DNA of 40,997 nucleotides from Flavobacteriales bacterium (lineage in GTDB: Bacteria > Bacteroidota > Bacteroidia > Flavobacteriales > BACL11), in the NCBI GenBank assembly GCA_002697505.1, contig NZWA01000089.1:1-40997 (forward strand). The letters run 5' to 3'. Made by a program: the position numbers and the translations under genes. Positions 27,798-36,619 of this stretch are shown in pieces. Below the pieces are notes generated by a model that did not search any database, was not told the origin of the DNA, and saw only the letters and a program-made list of their open reading frames with translations. Each line of letters begins with the position of its first letter. Positions within the stretch are counted from its first letter, which is position 1.

Positions 27798-28531
27798 TAT
27801 TTATGACTTGTATGGATGGTGCACCAGATATATTAGATTATAAAGAATGGTGTTTTAAATCATGGGACTATTGGTGTAAAAAAAATAATGTAGAATTATT
27901 TGTACTTGACCAAGAGATAAAAGACAAGTCAATTATGAAACCAACATGGCAAAGATGGTGGGTACATGAAATACTTGAGTCTAATGAAATAGAATATGAC
28001 CAAGTTGCATTAGTAGATGTGGACACAATGGTTCATTGGGATTGTCCTAATTTCTTTGAACAAACAGATGGTGAGTTCAGTGCAGTGATGGATAAGTTTA
28101 ATATTGAATGGACACATAATAGTATTAAAGGTTATCAAGACTTCTGGCCTGATGTAAAGTTTGATTGGACAAGTTATTTTAATTGTGGATTCATAGTGAT
28201 GAGTAAGAAACACAAAGGTTTATGTAAAGAGATTATAGACTTTTATCTTGAGAATGAAGATGAACTCAGAAAAAGACAACATGAAACACTTAAGAAAGGG
28301 TCAGACCAAACACCAATCAACTACATGATTCGTGCAAGTGAACACGAACTGAAATATCTTGATGAAAGGTTTAACTTATCACAATTACATCTGAGAGGTG
28401 TTTTGGGTGGATTATGTCCTATGTGGGAAGTTGGTCATGTATGGCACTTCAATGGATTTGAAAAAACACAAAGGAATCAATTAATGATGCAAGTATGGAA
28501 TCAAATCAAGGAGAACTATGAAGAAAATTAG
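27779..28531 (+). CDS. GT-A fold glycosyltransferase (GT8-like)
   Basis: VALVDVDTMV (DxD) followed by YFNCGFIVMSKKH, like GT8 ylDsDiiv ... NsGvml. Confidence 0.5.
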   Translation: MDRKNVVFMTCMDGAPDILDYKEWCFKSWDYWCKKNNVELFVLDQEIKDKSIMKPTWQRWWVHEILESNEIEYDQVALVDVDTMVHWDCPNFFEQTDGEFSAVMDKFNIEWTHNSIKGYQDFWPDVKFDWTSYFNCGFIVMSKKHKGLCKEIIDFYLENEDELRKRQHETLKKGSDQTPINYMIRASEHELKYLDERFNLSQLHLRGVLGGLCPMWEVGHVWHFNGFEKTQRNQLMMQVWNQIKENYEEN

Positions 28532-28745
28532 ACATAGTAAATTACCAATCACATTAGAATCATCAGACCCATTAACACCTGAGATGTTACATACTATACA
28601 ATTAAATCTTATGTATGATGAAAAAGATAGTAAAAGAGAAAATCTTCGTGGATGGGAATTGTGGGTAGATGAATATGGTGAATGGTTTAATCCATATCCA
28701 AAAGATAAAAACCAAATGGAGTTGTTTAATGAACTTAAAAAGTAA
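28518..28745 (+). CDS. Hypothetical protein
   Basis: 75-aa coupled ORF. No motif recognised. Confidence 0.4.
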   Translation: MKKIRHSKLPITLESSDPLTPEMLHTIQLNLMYDEKDSKRENLRGWELWVDEYGEWFNPYPKDKNQMELFNELKK

Positions 28746-29751
28746 ATATGCAATAGGTTGTCATGTAATGTTCTATGAAATAGAAATATTAGATGAATAT
28801 TTAAACTCAGTAAAGAAGGCAGTTGAGATAGTACAGAATCCTGAGAATATTATTGTTGAATTGTTTTTCAATATATCAGAATTTTTTGAAGAGATAGATA
28901 CTGAGACCACTACAAAAAAAGAACTGATAAAGAAATTCAATAGTAAGTGTTCAGAGATGTCTAAACTTGGAGTGTTAGTTAAGAGTCAAGTCTATGACCA
29001 AAACAAACCTTATTGTATTGCAGATTACAGAAGAGACTTTAATTATAAATGGTGTAATGTAGTTGATTATTTAGTATGGGGTGAAAGTGATTGTTTATTA
29101 CCAAGAGAATTCTTTCATGTGTTAGAGGGTGTAAAAGAATATGCAAACTCTCAAGAAATCTACAGATATACATTAACATTTGCACTTAGAAAAATGTGGG
29201 ACGAGAGTTGGAGAATATTAGAACATCCTGAATTTACCAATAAACCATATTACGATATGGACACCGAGGAAGATACTAAGTTGGCATTAAACTCACCATG
29301 GAGTATTAGATATACTATGAGTCAAGAAGAGATGGAAGAGGTAAATGACAAAACAGAAGAACTTGATGTTCAATTAATTACTTCACCTAAATTTGATGGT
29401 AGTTGTTTAGTAATGAGTTCAGATTTAGTGAGAGGTGGAGTTAATTTACCACCTGCAGTATCAATGGTAGGTGATGATACAAGTTTTATGGCAATGTGTC
29501 AGAAATTAATGGGTGATGACTATAGACAATTTGTTATTAAGAATGTACTAAAGGTTCATAATAGAAACCATCCAAGAAAAAGACTTTATGTTAAGGATGA
29601 AGATAAGTCCAAGTCCACACACTTCAAGAGAAGAGATAATAATTGGTATCAGACAATCACAAAGATGAGTAAAGGAAATTTAAATAAATTGTTTGGTGGA
29701 CAAGTTAAATTTAAAACATATGGGGAGTTCAAAGATGAAATCAAAAAATAG
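28729..29751 (+). CDS. Hypothetical protein (possibly a GT-A-like transferase)
   Basis: The first in-frame ATG is at 28729. The track start at 28669 would overlap the upstream ORF by 77 nt. WGESDCLLPREFF could be a DxD-like site. Weak. Confidence 0.4.
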   Translation: MNLKSKYAIGCHVMFYEIEILDEYLNSVKKAVEIVQNPENIIVELFFNISEFFEEIDTETTTKKELIKKFNSKCSEMSKLGVLVKSQVYDQNKPYCIADYRRDFNYKWCNVVDYLVWGESDCLLPREFFHVLEGVKEYANSQEIYRYTLTFALRKMWDESWRILEHPEFTNKPYYDMDTEEDTKLALNSPWSIRYTMSQEEMEEVNDKTEELDVQLITSPKFDGSCLVMSSDLVRGGVNLPPAVSMVGDDTSFMAMCQKLMGDDYRQFVIKNVLKVHNRNHPRKRLYVKDEDKSKSTHFKRRDNNWYQTITKMSKGNLNKLFGGQVKFKTYGEFKDEIKK

Positions 29752-30166
29752 AAGATGGTTACCAACATTAGGTGAGTTAATAGATAGATTAAGTATTCAT
29801 CAATTGAAAGAGTTATTTATACCTGAAAACAAGGACAACTATGCTCAAGAAATGAATGATATGGTTCATGATATTAATTTAATATTAAGAGAACACAAAG
29901 GTGAGATTACAGGTGAAGTCATTAGGGCCATTATAGTGTTATCACAAATGAACGCTCATATATGGTATAATGAATCACAAGTTCGTAAAGGTGAAAAGGG
30001 TAGTGATAATCTGATGTTAACTCATGGATTAAATGGAATTAGAAATACTGCCGTAAATAAAATCATGGAAGTGGTTGGTGGTAGAAAAGACTACAAGGTA
30101 GATTGTATTGCATCTGAATTTAAAGATTGGGAAGTAAGTTGGGATGTTCCAAGAAACAAGAAGTAG
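29735..30166 (+). CDS. Hypothetical helical protein (DUF4254-like)
   Basis: GGGGAG RBS lies 7 nt before ATG 29735. GELIDRLSIHQLKE ... NAHIWYNESQVR resembles DUF4254, a family often found next to glycosyltransferases. Low certainty. Confidence 0.35.
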   Translation: MKSKNRRWLPTLGELIDRLSIHQLKELFIPENKDNYAQEMNDMVHDINLILREHKGEITGEVIRAIIVLSQMNAHIWYNESQVRKGEKGSDNLMLTHGLNGIRNTAVNKIMEVVGGRKDYKVDCIASEFKDWEVSWDVPRNKK

Positions 30167-30350
30167 GTCAACACAAAAATCAATCACATGGAGATTGATT
30201 GCATTTAGTAATTCATGGATGATACTGGCATTAGGGTTGACTGAATTACCATTTTGGAATGCAGTGATTATGAATGTAACAGGAATGATAATGTTTTATT
30301 TCCATGAAAGAGTATGGAATAGAGTAAGGAGTGGAAGAAATGTTAATTAA
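30144..30350 (+). CDS. DUF2061-like small membrane protein
   Basis: KSITWRLIAFS...MFYFHERVWNRV fits the K-x-x-x-WR ... HER-x-W pattern of DUF2061. Confidence 0.4.
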   Translation: MFQETRSRSTQKSITWRLIAFSNSWMILALGLTELPFWNAVIMNVTGMIMFYFHERVWNRVRSGRNVN

Positions 30351-30579
30351 AATATTAAAAAAAATAAAAGATTGGGTAGACCCAAACTATTGGGCCGAGA
30401 AGATAGGTGAAGAGAGTGGTCTATATGATAAGGCAAGAAATTCAAAGTCTCGTAAATGGGTTGATAGTTTAGAGGGTTGGAAATGGTGGACATATCAAAT
30501 AGTCGGTGGTATTATATTTGTAATTATTATAGAGTTCCTACTTAATTTAGTCGGTATGACTATGTTACCTTGGAGATAA
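30331..30579 (+). CDS. Small membrane protein (C-terminal TM helix)
   Basis: WWTYQIVGGIIFVIIIEFLLNLVGMTMLPW is a hydrophobic segment. Confidence 0.45.
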   Translation: MEEMLIKILKKIKDWVDPNYWAEKIGEESGLYDKARNSKSRKWVDSLEGWKWWTYQIVGGIIFVIIIEFLLNLVGMTMLPWR

Positions 30580-30580
30580 A

Positions 30581-31255
30581 GTGACAGAAACAAATTTAAT
30601 AGTTGCAATAGATGATTTACATCCACAGAAAGGTTGGGGTTGTGAAGGTGATATTCAAGTAGAGTATCTAAAAGAACTCAATAAAAAATATGGAGTTAAA
30701 TTCAATTTATTTTGTCCAAGTTATTATCATAATGAATATCCATTAACAAAAGATTGGGTATCATATTGGAAACAATTTGATTGGGTGGAGTTGAGTAATC
30801 ATGGACATTACCACGATGTCAAAAAATACACCAAAGAAGAAATAGGTGAACAAGAATTCTTAGAATTAAATAAAGATGAGGCAGTGGATAGAGTTAGAGA
30901 TAGTTTAAATCTATGGGAACAATGTGGACACAAACCAAAAGGATTCAGAGCACCAGGTTGGGGAATATCACAAGAGGCTGCAGATGTAGTTAGTGAAAAC
31001 TTTGAATGGGTTGCACAACATGAACAAATCAATCAAGGTATACGATTTGACACTAAGTTATTTTGGGGTGCAGATGGTATTCATCAAAGTGATGATGTAA
31101 AATTATATGGAAACACATTTATGTTCCAATCACATATACAAGGAGATTGGAATGATAATACATGGAATGAAGAAAATTTTAACTATTTTCAGAGAATCTT
31201 AGACTATTTATTATCACAATTCAAAATAGAGTTCAAAACAATTTCAGAGTTATGA
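30581..31255 (+). CDS. Polysaccharide deacetylase-like (NodB/DUF2334-type) protein
   Basis: GTG start. IAIDDLHP, NHGHYHD and FRAPGWGIS correspond to the D-D, H-x-x-x-H and R-x-P-x-G blocks. Confidence 0.5.
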   Translation: MTETNLIVAIDDLHPQKGWGCEGDIQVEYLKELNKKYGVKFNLFCPSYYHNEYPLTKDWVSYWKQFDWVELSNHGHYHDVKKYTKEEIGEQEFLELNKDEAVDRVRDSLNLWEQCGHKPKGFRAPGWGISQEAADVVSENFEWVAQHEQINQGIRFDTKLFWGADGIHQSDDVKLYGNTFMFQSHIQGDWNDNTWNEENFNYFQRILDYLLSQFKIEFKTISEL

Positions 31256-32160
31256 AGATTACATTTTTTTCAGAGAGTCAAGTTAGAGGTAAAGTTCCAA
31301 GAGATTTTGAGAACGCTCGTACAGAGTTCGGATGGAGTATCGCGTTAGACGCAGAGTGGTGTCCAATAGGACAGGCACCAAGTGATAAATGTGATTTGGG
31401 TATTGTAATAATACCAAAGAACAATCCTAATATAAACATACGGACATTCAGAAGTTATTGTGATAAGGTTGCAGTAATGCAAGAAGGCCCTAATTGGTAT
31501 TTCCAAGATTATACTATTGATAAACAATTTCAATATTATAATGCATTGATAGATGCAGATTGGGTTTATTGTCATAACGAAAGTGATGTGAATTACTATC
31601 TTGGATTAGGTTGTAAAGATGTTAGAGTGATGAGAAGTTTGATGATTACTGATGGTTTGATTCCACGAAATGAGTGGGGTGATGGTACAATGATTGGTGG
31701 TAACTTTTGTAGTTGGTATGGTGGATTTGATTCCTATATGATTGCAAGACAGATAGGTAATCCTATTAGTTGTCCATCAATGGGTAGAAAACAAGAACAA
31801 GAAGATTTAATAGAGGACATAAATTATTTACCTTATATGAGTTGGAGAGATTGGATAAATAGTTTATCACAATATAATATAGGTATTCATTTAATGAGAA
31901 CACATGCAGCAGGAACCTTTAGTATGAATTGTGGGTTTCATGGAATTCCATGTATTGGATATAAGGGATTGGATACACAAGAGTTAATCCATCCATTAAC
32001 TTCAGTAGAGGTTGGTGATTTGGATAAGGCAGTTGAATTGGGTAAGAAACTAAAGGATGAAAAGTTTTATAAATTATGTAGTGAGACTGCAATGAAAAGA
32101 TTTAATGATTATTATACAGAGGAGGCGTGGTTAAAACATTGGAACAAAACAAACACATAG
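31252..32160 (+). CDS. Hypothetical protein, possibly a GT-B-fold glycosyltransferase
   Basis: HAAGTFSMNCGFHGIPCIGYKGLDTQE resembles the fG..lEAmA.G.PvI...gg..E segment. Weak. Confidence 0.3.
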   Translation: MKITFFSESQVRGKVPRDFENARTEFGWSIALDAEWCPIGQAPSDKCDLGIVIIPKNNPNINIRTFRSYCDKVAVMQEGPNWYFQDYTIDKQFQYYNALIDADWVYCHNESDVNYYLGLGCKDVRVMRSLMITDGLIPRNEWGDGTMIGGNFCSWYGGFDSYMIARQIGNPISCPSMGRKQEQEDLIEDINYLPYMSWRDWINSLSQYNIGIHLMRTHAAGTFSMNCGFHGIPCIGYKGLDTQELIHPLTSVEVGDLDKAVELGKKLKDEKFYKLCSETAMKRFNDYYTEEAWLKHWNKTNT

Positions 32161-33140
32161 AATTTTATCCAATTAGAGACATACTAATTGGTGTTCCATC
32201 TGAAGATGTTGCAACACATGACGCAGTTAATCCACACTTATCATTAGGTTATGAACCACCAAAAATAGAAGGATTTCCATTATTTGGTCAGATACAAATT
32301 CAAACAATAGAATTTTGTAATTTGAAATGTGACTTTTGTCCTAATCACTATATGATATGGGACAGGTTAGAGGGAAAGAAAAAAGGTATTCCTTATAATA
32401 TCATGTCTATTGAAAACTATACCAAAATAGTAAAGAACTTGGCAGACTTAAATTTTACTGGTAGAGTTTCACCTTATCTTATGAATGAACCATTAATGGA
32501 TAAAGATAGAATGGTAGAGATAATTGGAATAACAAGAAAATATTTACCAAAAAATCCAATCAAAATTAATACAAATGGAACAGGATTAACTACAGAACTT
32601 CTTGGTGATATGATTGATGCAGGACTAACTTCAATACAAATAGATGATTATTTTGATGATAGATATGCCACTAAATTACTAAAACAATTAGAACCATTTC
32701 AAGGTGTTAATGGTAAATGTTTTATTACATTGTCATCAAATTACAATGTGACACAAATGAAAAAAGGTATGTCAAAGGATAGTCACTTCGGCCCATTTAC
32801 ATTTTGGAATCGTGGTGGTTTAACAAATGTGAATCCTGATATGCCAGTTCCACAAAAAGATTGTCATTTTCCAAGTTCACAAATGTATATAAAGTGGAAT
32901 GGAGATGCATTGTTATGTTGTTGTGATTGGGAATATAAAGTGATACATGGTAATGTTATAAATGAAAGAATTGAAGATGTATGGATTAACGATTCATATA
33001 CTCATTACAGAGAGACATTAAAAAAAGGACAGAGAGATAAACTTAGAATGTGTAGAAAATGTAACAAAGGTGCATTTCCAAGTGAAGAGAAACGATTAGA
33101 ACATTTAAGAGAGTGGTTAAAAGAAAATGAAACCGATTAG
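32127..33140 (+). CDS. Radical SAM enzyme with a SPASM-like C-terminal Cys-rich domain
   Basis: CNLKCDFCPNH (CxxxCxxC). C-terminal CHFP...LLCCCDWE...CRKC. There is no ATG before the cluster motif, so the start must be GTG 32127 or TTG 32139. Confidence 0.75.
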   Translation: MVKTLEQNKHIEFYPIRDILIGVPSEDVATHDAVNPHLSLGYEPPKIEGFPLFGQIQIQTIEFCNLKCDFCPNHYMIWDRLEGKKKGIPYNIMSIENYTKIVKNLADLNFTGRVSPYLMNEPLMDKDRMVEIIGITRKYLPKNPIKINTNGTGLTTELLGDMIDAGLTSIQIDDYFDDRYATKLLKQLEPFQGVNGKCFITLSSNYNVTQMKKGMSKDSHFGPFTFWNRGGLTNVNPDMPVPQKDCHFPSSQMYIKWNGDALLCCCDWEYKVIHGNVINERIEDVWINDSYTHYRETLKKGQRDKLRMCRKCNKGAFPSEEKRLEHLREWLKENETD

Positions 33141-34314
33141 TTTTATAATACCAAGTAGAAATAATTTAACTTATCTGAAGTGGTGTTACGAAAGTATTCG
33201 TAAGAACTCATCAGTAGAACATGAGATATGTTTCGCAGATGACGCCTCAACAGATGGAACATTAGAACATATATTAGTTTGGATGAAGAGAGACAAAAAT
33301 ATCAAACTTCATGTAAACAAAGGCCCCGAAAGAGAAGGACTTACAATACTATATGATAAGTTAGTGAATGAGTACGCAACCAATGATAGAGTTGTGTTCT
33401 TTCATTCCGATATGTATTTGTGTCCAAATGCAGATAAAGAAATAGATAGGTTATTAGAAAAAGGTAAGGTTGTATCACTTACAAGAATAGAACCACCACT
33501 ACATCCTGATGGGCCAGAGAAAGTATTGAAAGACTTTGGAATAGAACCTGAAGAGTTTGATGAAGAAGGATTATTAGAGTTTCTTGAAGAAGACAAACAA
33601 GGTGAAGATAGAGTTACAGAGGGTGTGTTTGCACCTTGGGCAATATACAAGGAAGACTTCCAATCAATTGGTGGACACGATAAATTATTCAGACCACAAT
33701 CAAAAGAAGATTCAGATATATTCAATAGACTACATTTAAATGGTGTTAAGTTTATACAGACTTGGCAAGGTTATGTTTACCATATGACTTGTAGAGGTTC
33801 AAGATTTAATCCATCTGCAGGTGGTGCACCAGGTAAAGATAGTCCTGAATGGATTGAGACAACAACTAAAAATATGAGAAACTTCATAAGAAAATGGGGT
33901 ACTGCAGTCCAACATGATGAACATATGAAACCGATAGTCTCACCTAAATATGATATTGGTATTGTGATTGAGAATTATTGTGATTACAACATATTATCTA
34001 ATTGTGAACCATGGTGTAGTAATATATTTGTACCAGATGGTGGTTACTTACAAGAATATATTAAGAATGAACAACCAAGAACAGACTACTCATTGAGAAG
34101 AAGAGTTCATCGTGATAGGGCATATCCTAAAAATGGTATAGTGGTTAGAATTGATGGTGAACGATTAAACAATGAAAACTTTCAGTTCATTACAAAGTTA
34201 CCTGATATAATAAAAGATAGTGGTGATTTTGGTTCATTTGAATTAGGTATATTAAAAATTAGAATTACCAACCTACAAACTTCAGAGGAGACACTAATAA
34301 AAAATGATAATTAA
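33127..34314 (+). CDS. Glycosyltransferase family 2
   Basis: ISFIIPSRNNLTYLKWCYESI...EICFADDASTDGT is a classical GT2 N-terminus. A DxD-like FHSDMY follows. Confidence 0.8.
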   Translation: MKPISFIIPSRNNLTYLKWCYESIRKNSSVEHEICFADDASTDGTLEHILVWMKRDKNIKLHVNKGPEREGLTILYDKLVNEYATNDRVVFFHSDMYLCPNADKEIDRLLEKGKVVSLTRIEPPLHPDGPEKVLKDFGIEPEEFDEEGLLEFLEEDKQGEDRVTEGVFAPWAIYKEDFQSIGGHDKLFRPQSKEDSDIFNRLHLNGVKFIQTWQGYVYHMTCRGSRFNPSAGGAPGKDSPEWIETTTKNMRNFIRKWGTAVQHDEHMKPIVSPKYDIGIVIENYCDYNILSNCEPWCSNIFVPDGGYLQEYIKNEQPRTDYSLRRRVHRDRAYPKNGIVVRIDGERLNNENFQFITKLPDIIKDSGDFGSFELGILKIRITNLQTSEETLIKNDN

Positions 34315-34975
34315 TTTATTTGGAGATAGTTTTATATATGGGACTTGTGCACAACACCACGAAGATGGTAGAAGAATGGACATTGACTATTGGTTAACTA
34401 AAAAAGGTTGGAGTGTTAGTAATTATGGATATAATGGTTCAAATAATACTGAAGTATTATCTTCTATCAAAGAAAATCCATTTGGTGAAGAGTGTTTTTG
34501 TGTTGTGGGTGTAACATCATTCTTAAGAGAAAATTTACCATGGTTAGGTTTCGCATCTTCTTGGGGTAGAAATATTCTTAAAGAGGATAGATTTGACCAT
34601 CCAAATCTTGAGAATCCACAGACTAATGAATTATGGGAAGATTATTTAATTTATTGTTATGATGATGAATATTTTAATACAATATATAAAATTTGGTTAT
34701 TAAAGGTAAAACACTTACTTGATAATACACCTAATGTAAAAGGGTATTTATTTGTAAATACGGTAGAAAAGTATAAAAAACCTATGTTTGTGGAAAAAGA
34801 AAACTATTTATATACAGATAGTTCTATCACAGATATGTTGGTAGATAAAGAAGATGAGAAATTATTTGAAGGTGGACTAACTGAAGAAACATTCTTAGAA
34901 GGTAGAGCACATCCATCAACATTAGGATACAAATTAGTAGCAGAAGATATTCATGACATATTTCATAATACATAA
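34304..34975 (+). CDS. SGNH/GDSL-type hydrolase (esterase/O-acetyl-modifying enzyme)
   Basis: Block I IINLFGDSFIYGT, block II-like NYGYNGSN, block V-like RAHPSTLGYKLVAEDI. Confidence 0.5.
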   Translation: MIINLFGDSFIYGTCAQHHEDGRRMDIDYWLTKKGWSVSNYGYNGSNNTEVLSSIKENPFGEECFCVVGVTSFLRENLPWLGFASSWGRNILKEDRFDHPNLENPQTNELWEDYLIYCYDDEYFNTIYKIWLLKVKHLLDNTPNVKGYLFVNTVEKYKKPMFVEKENYLYTDSSITDMLVDKEDEKLFEGGLTEETFLEGRAHPSTLGYKLVAEDIHDIFHNT

Positions 34976-35204
34976 AGAAGAATCAAAAGAAAACTTGATG
35001 TTCAGTAGTAATATATTGGGTGAAGAAAGTTTAGGTTCATTTTATCCTGACCAAGGTTGGGTTGCACTAAATAATATGATTCATCAGAGTCCTGAATCAA
35101 TTAGTAACTACACGATTTTAGATGAAAAAGGAAAAACATTTACACTAACAGAATTGTTAGATAAAGTTGAGAAGTTAAAAATAAGAACCATGTGTGGAAG
35201 GTAA
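34953..35204 (+). CDS. Hypothetical protein
   Basis: 83-aa ORF. No motif recognised. Start uncertain. Confidence 0.4.
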   Translation: MTYFIIHKEESKENLMFSSNILGEESLGSFYPDQGWVALNNMIHQSPESISNYTILDEKGKTFTLTELLDKVEKLKIRTMCGR

Positions 35205-35242
35205 GAAAAGGCTTGACACATATAGTAAAGTTTTAGTATATT
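35205..35242 (+). promoter_or_regulatory. Class A promoter, copy 3
   Basis: GAAAAGGCTTGACACATATAG...TATATT. The -35 is at 35213-35218 and the -10 at 35237-35242, with an 18-nt spacer. It is followed at once by AAGGAG. Confidence 0.6.
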
Positions 35243-35254
35243 AAGGAGTTATAA

Positions 35255-35416
35255 ATGTCAAATTATAGTTGGGAAGATTGGGAAGAACTTGAAGAGGAGA
35301 CTTTCCGTGAAAGAATACAACCAAAAATAAAACCAAAAAGGAAGAAAAAAAGTTATGATGATATTACTAAAAAACAAACTAATCAAATCAATAAAAAACA
35401 TCCTAATAGGAAGTAG
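35255..35416 (+). CDS. Unlisted small ORF (53 aa, acidic N-terminus and Lys-rich C-terminus)
   Basis: AAGGAG at 35243-35248 lies 6 nt before ATG 35255. The product is MSNYSWEDWEELEEETFRERIQPKIKPKRKKKSYDD... It is below the track length cut-off and overlaps the next gene by 62 nt in another frame. Confidence 0.4.
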   Translation: MSNYSWEDWEELEEETFRERIQPKIKPKRKKKSYDDITKKQTNQINKKHPNRK

Positions 35417-35978
35417 TTTTTTATTTTTCATAGGGTGTGAATCTACATGGGAACAACTCTATGAAACATTTGGTAGTGATTACTCTTCATCAGAGTATCC
35501 TACATTTGAATTAGAATTAAGAATTGATTTACCACAAGATGAGAATGGATATTACCATCTTGAATTGGATGATGAAAACTGGCAAACTATCCAAAGGTTA
35601 GAGGGTAGAGTCATCAGTAGTAAAACAGACTACGAGTCTTGGGAACGAAATGATATGGAGTCATTGAAAATACATTGGCGTTCTAATTTATATTGGGTGT
35701 TAGGTGATACACTTGGATATATTATAAAATATGATTATACTGATGATGTTGAATATGTATCTTATGATACTACTTATGTCACAGGTTTTGATGGACAAGA
35801 AGTTCCAACAATAAATCCTTCATCTTATCCAACTATCAAAGACGATGGTACAGGTGAAATCAATACAATGTTTGCACCAGTCCAAACGATGGTTGGTGAT
35901 ACTGCATTTGTTAATGTATCATTTACAGACTGGCATAACGATTACAAGGACAAAACCTTTGGTATAATATTAGAATAG
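35355..35978 (+). CDS. Putative lipoprotein
   Basis: A basic N-terminus is followed by a hydrophobic core and a lipobox-like FIGC (…GSSFLFFIGC/ESTW). Confidence 0.55.
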   Translation: MMILLKNKLIKSIKNILIGSSFLFFIGCESTWEQLYETFGSDYSSSEYPTFELELRIDLPQDENGYYHLELDDENWQTIQRLEGRVISSKTDYESWERNDMESLKIHWRSNLYWVLGDTLGYIIKYDYTDDVEYVSYDTTYVTGFDGQEVPTINPSSYPTIKDDGTGEINTMFAPVQTMVGDTAFVNVSFTDWHNDYKDKTFGIILE

Positions 35979-35988
35979 GAGAGTAGAG

Positions 35989-36261
35989 TTGCAGTATGTT
36001 TTAGTAAATAAATTAGATGAAATAGTTGATAAAGTAGATATGAGTGATGTGGGTCTTAATGGAGCAAAGACTTATTTTGTTGGTAGAAAACAAATAGAAG
36101 TACAAGAATTTGATAAACTATGGAAAGTGATGAGTAGACAAGAATATGATACTCAGTTTGAGACAACAAATAGAAAACCATCATCAGTTGGTTATCAATG
36201 GTGGAAAGAAGATAAGGCCGAAACAGACGAGGCCATGAGTGGTAAGGATGGATTAGGATGA
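35989..36261 (+). CDS. Hypothetical protein
   Basis: TTG start preceded by AGGAGAG. 90 aa. No motif recognised. Confidence 0.4.
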   Translation: MQYVLVNKLDEIVDKVDMSDVGLNGAKTYFVGRKQIEVQEFDKLWKVMSRQEYDTQFETTNRKPSSVGYQWWKEDKAETDEAMSGKDGLG

Positions 36262-36371
36262 TTGAAACAATAATAACAATAGTTTTTTGTATTGTATTTT
36301 ACAGATTAAATGTAGAATTAGATAAAGATATTTTTGAACAATACAGAGATGTTGAAAGGGATATAAGATAA
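36258..36371 (+). CDS. Unlisted 37-aa single-TM protein (paralogue A)
   Basis: ATGA overlap with the upstream stop and TAATG overlap with the downstream start. The product is MIETIITIVFCIVFYRLNVELDKDIFEQYRDVERDIR. A diverged copy sits at 38477-38602. Confidence 0.55.
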   Translation: MIETIITIVFCIVFYRLNVELDKDIFEQYRDVERDIR

Positions 36372-36619
36372 TGGAAGCAGTATGGATTGCATTTAGTTGT
36401 GGAATATTTTTAGGTATAGTATTAGGTATATTAATATTAGGATTAGTTAGTATCAATAGAGATAACAAACTTCGTGATGATATAATGGACTTAAATGGTG
36501 AAATAGATGACTTAAGAACTCAAAGAGAGTTGTTAAAGAAAGAAATATTTAGATTAACCAAAAGAGGTAAACCACAACCAAGAAAAAGAAGACCTTATAA
36601 GAAAAATTATAAAAAATAA
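36371..36619 (+). CDS. Bitopic membrane protein: N-terminal TM, coiled coil, Arg/Lys-rich tail
   Basis: WIAFSCGIFLGIVLGILILGLV forms the TM helix. It is followed by DDIMDLNGEIDDLRTQRELLKKEIFRL and then KRGKPQPRKRRPYKKNYKK. Confidence 0.5.
   Translation: MEAVWIAFSCGIFLGIVLGILILGLVSINRDNKLRDDIMDLNGEIDDLRTQRELLKKEIFRLTKRGKPQPRKRRPYKKNYKK

Noticed and set aside
8816-29735. Longer N-terminal extensions used by the ORF track (8816, 15912, 25164, 28669, 29693)
   Set aside because: In each case a downstream in-frame ATG has a better-spaced Shine-Dalgarno sequence, or sits exactly at the upstream stop codon (the ATGA/TAATG coupling pattern used throughout). The extensions would create long overlaps.
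36253-36468. 71-aa minus-strand ORF spanning an apparent gap between + strand genes
   Set aside because: The gap is filled by the coupled + strand 37-aa ORF (36258-36371), which has a conserved paralogue at 38477-38602, and by the start of the 36371 gene.
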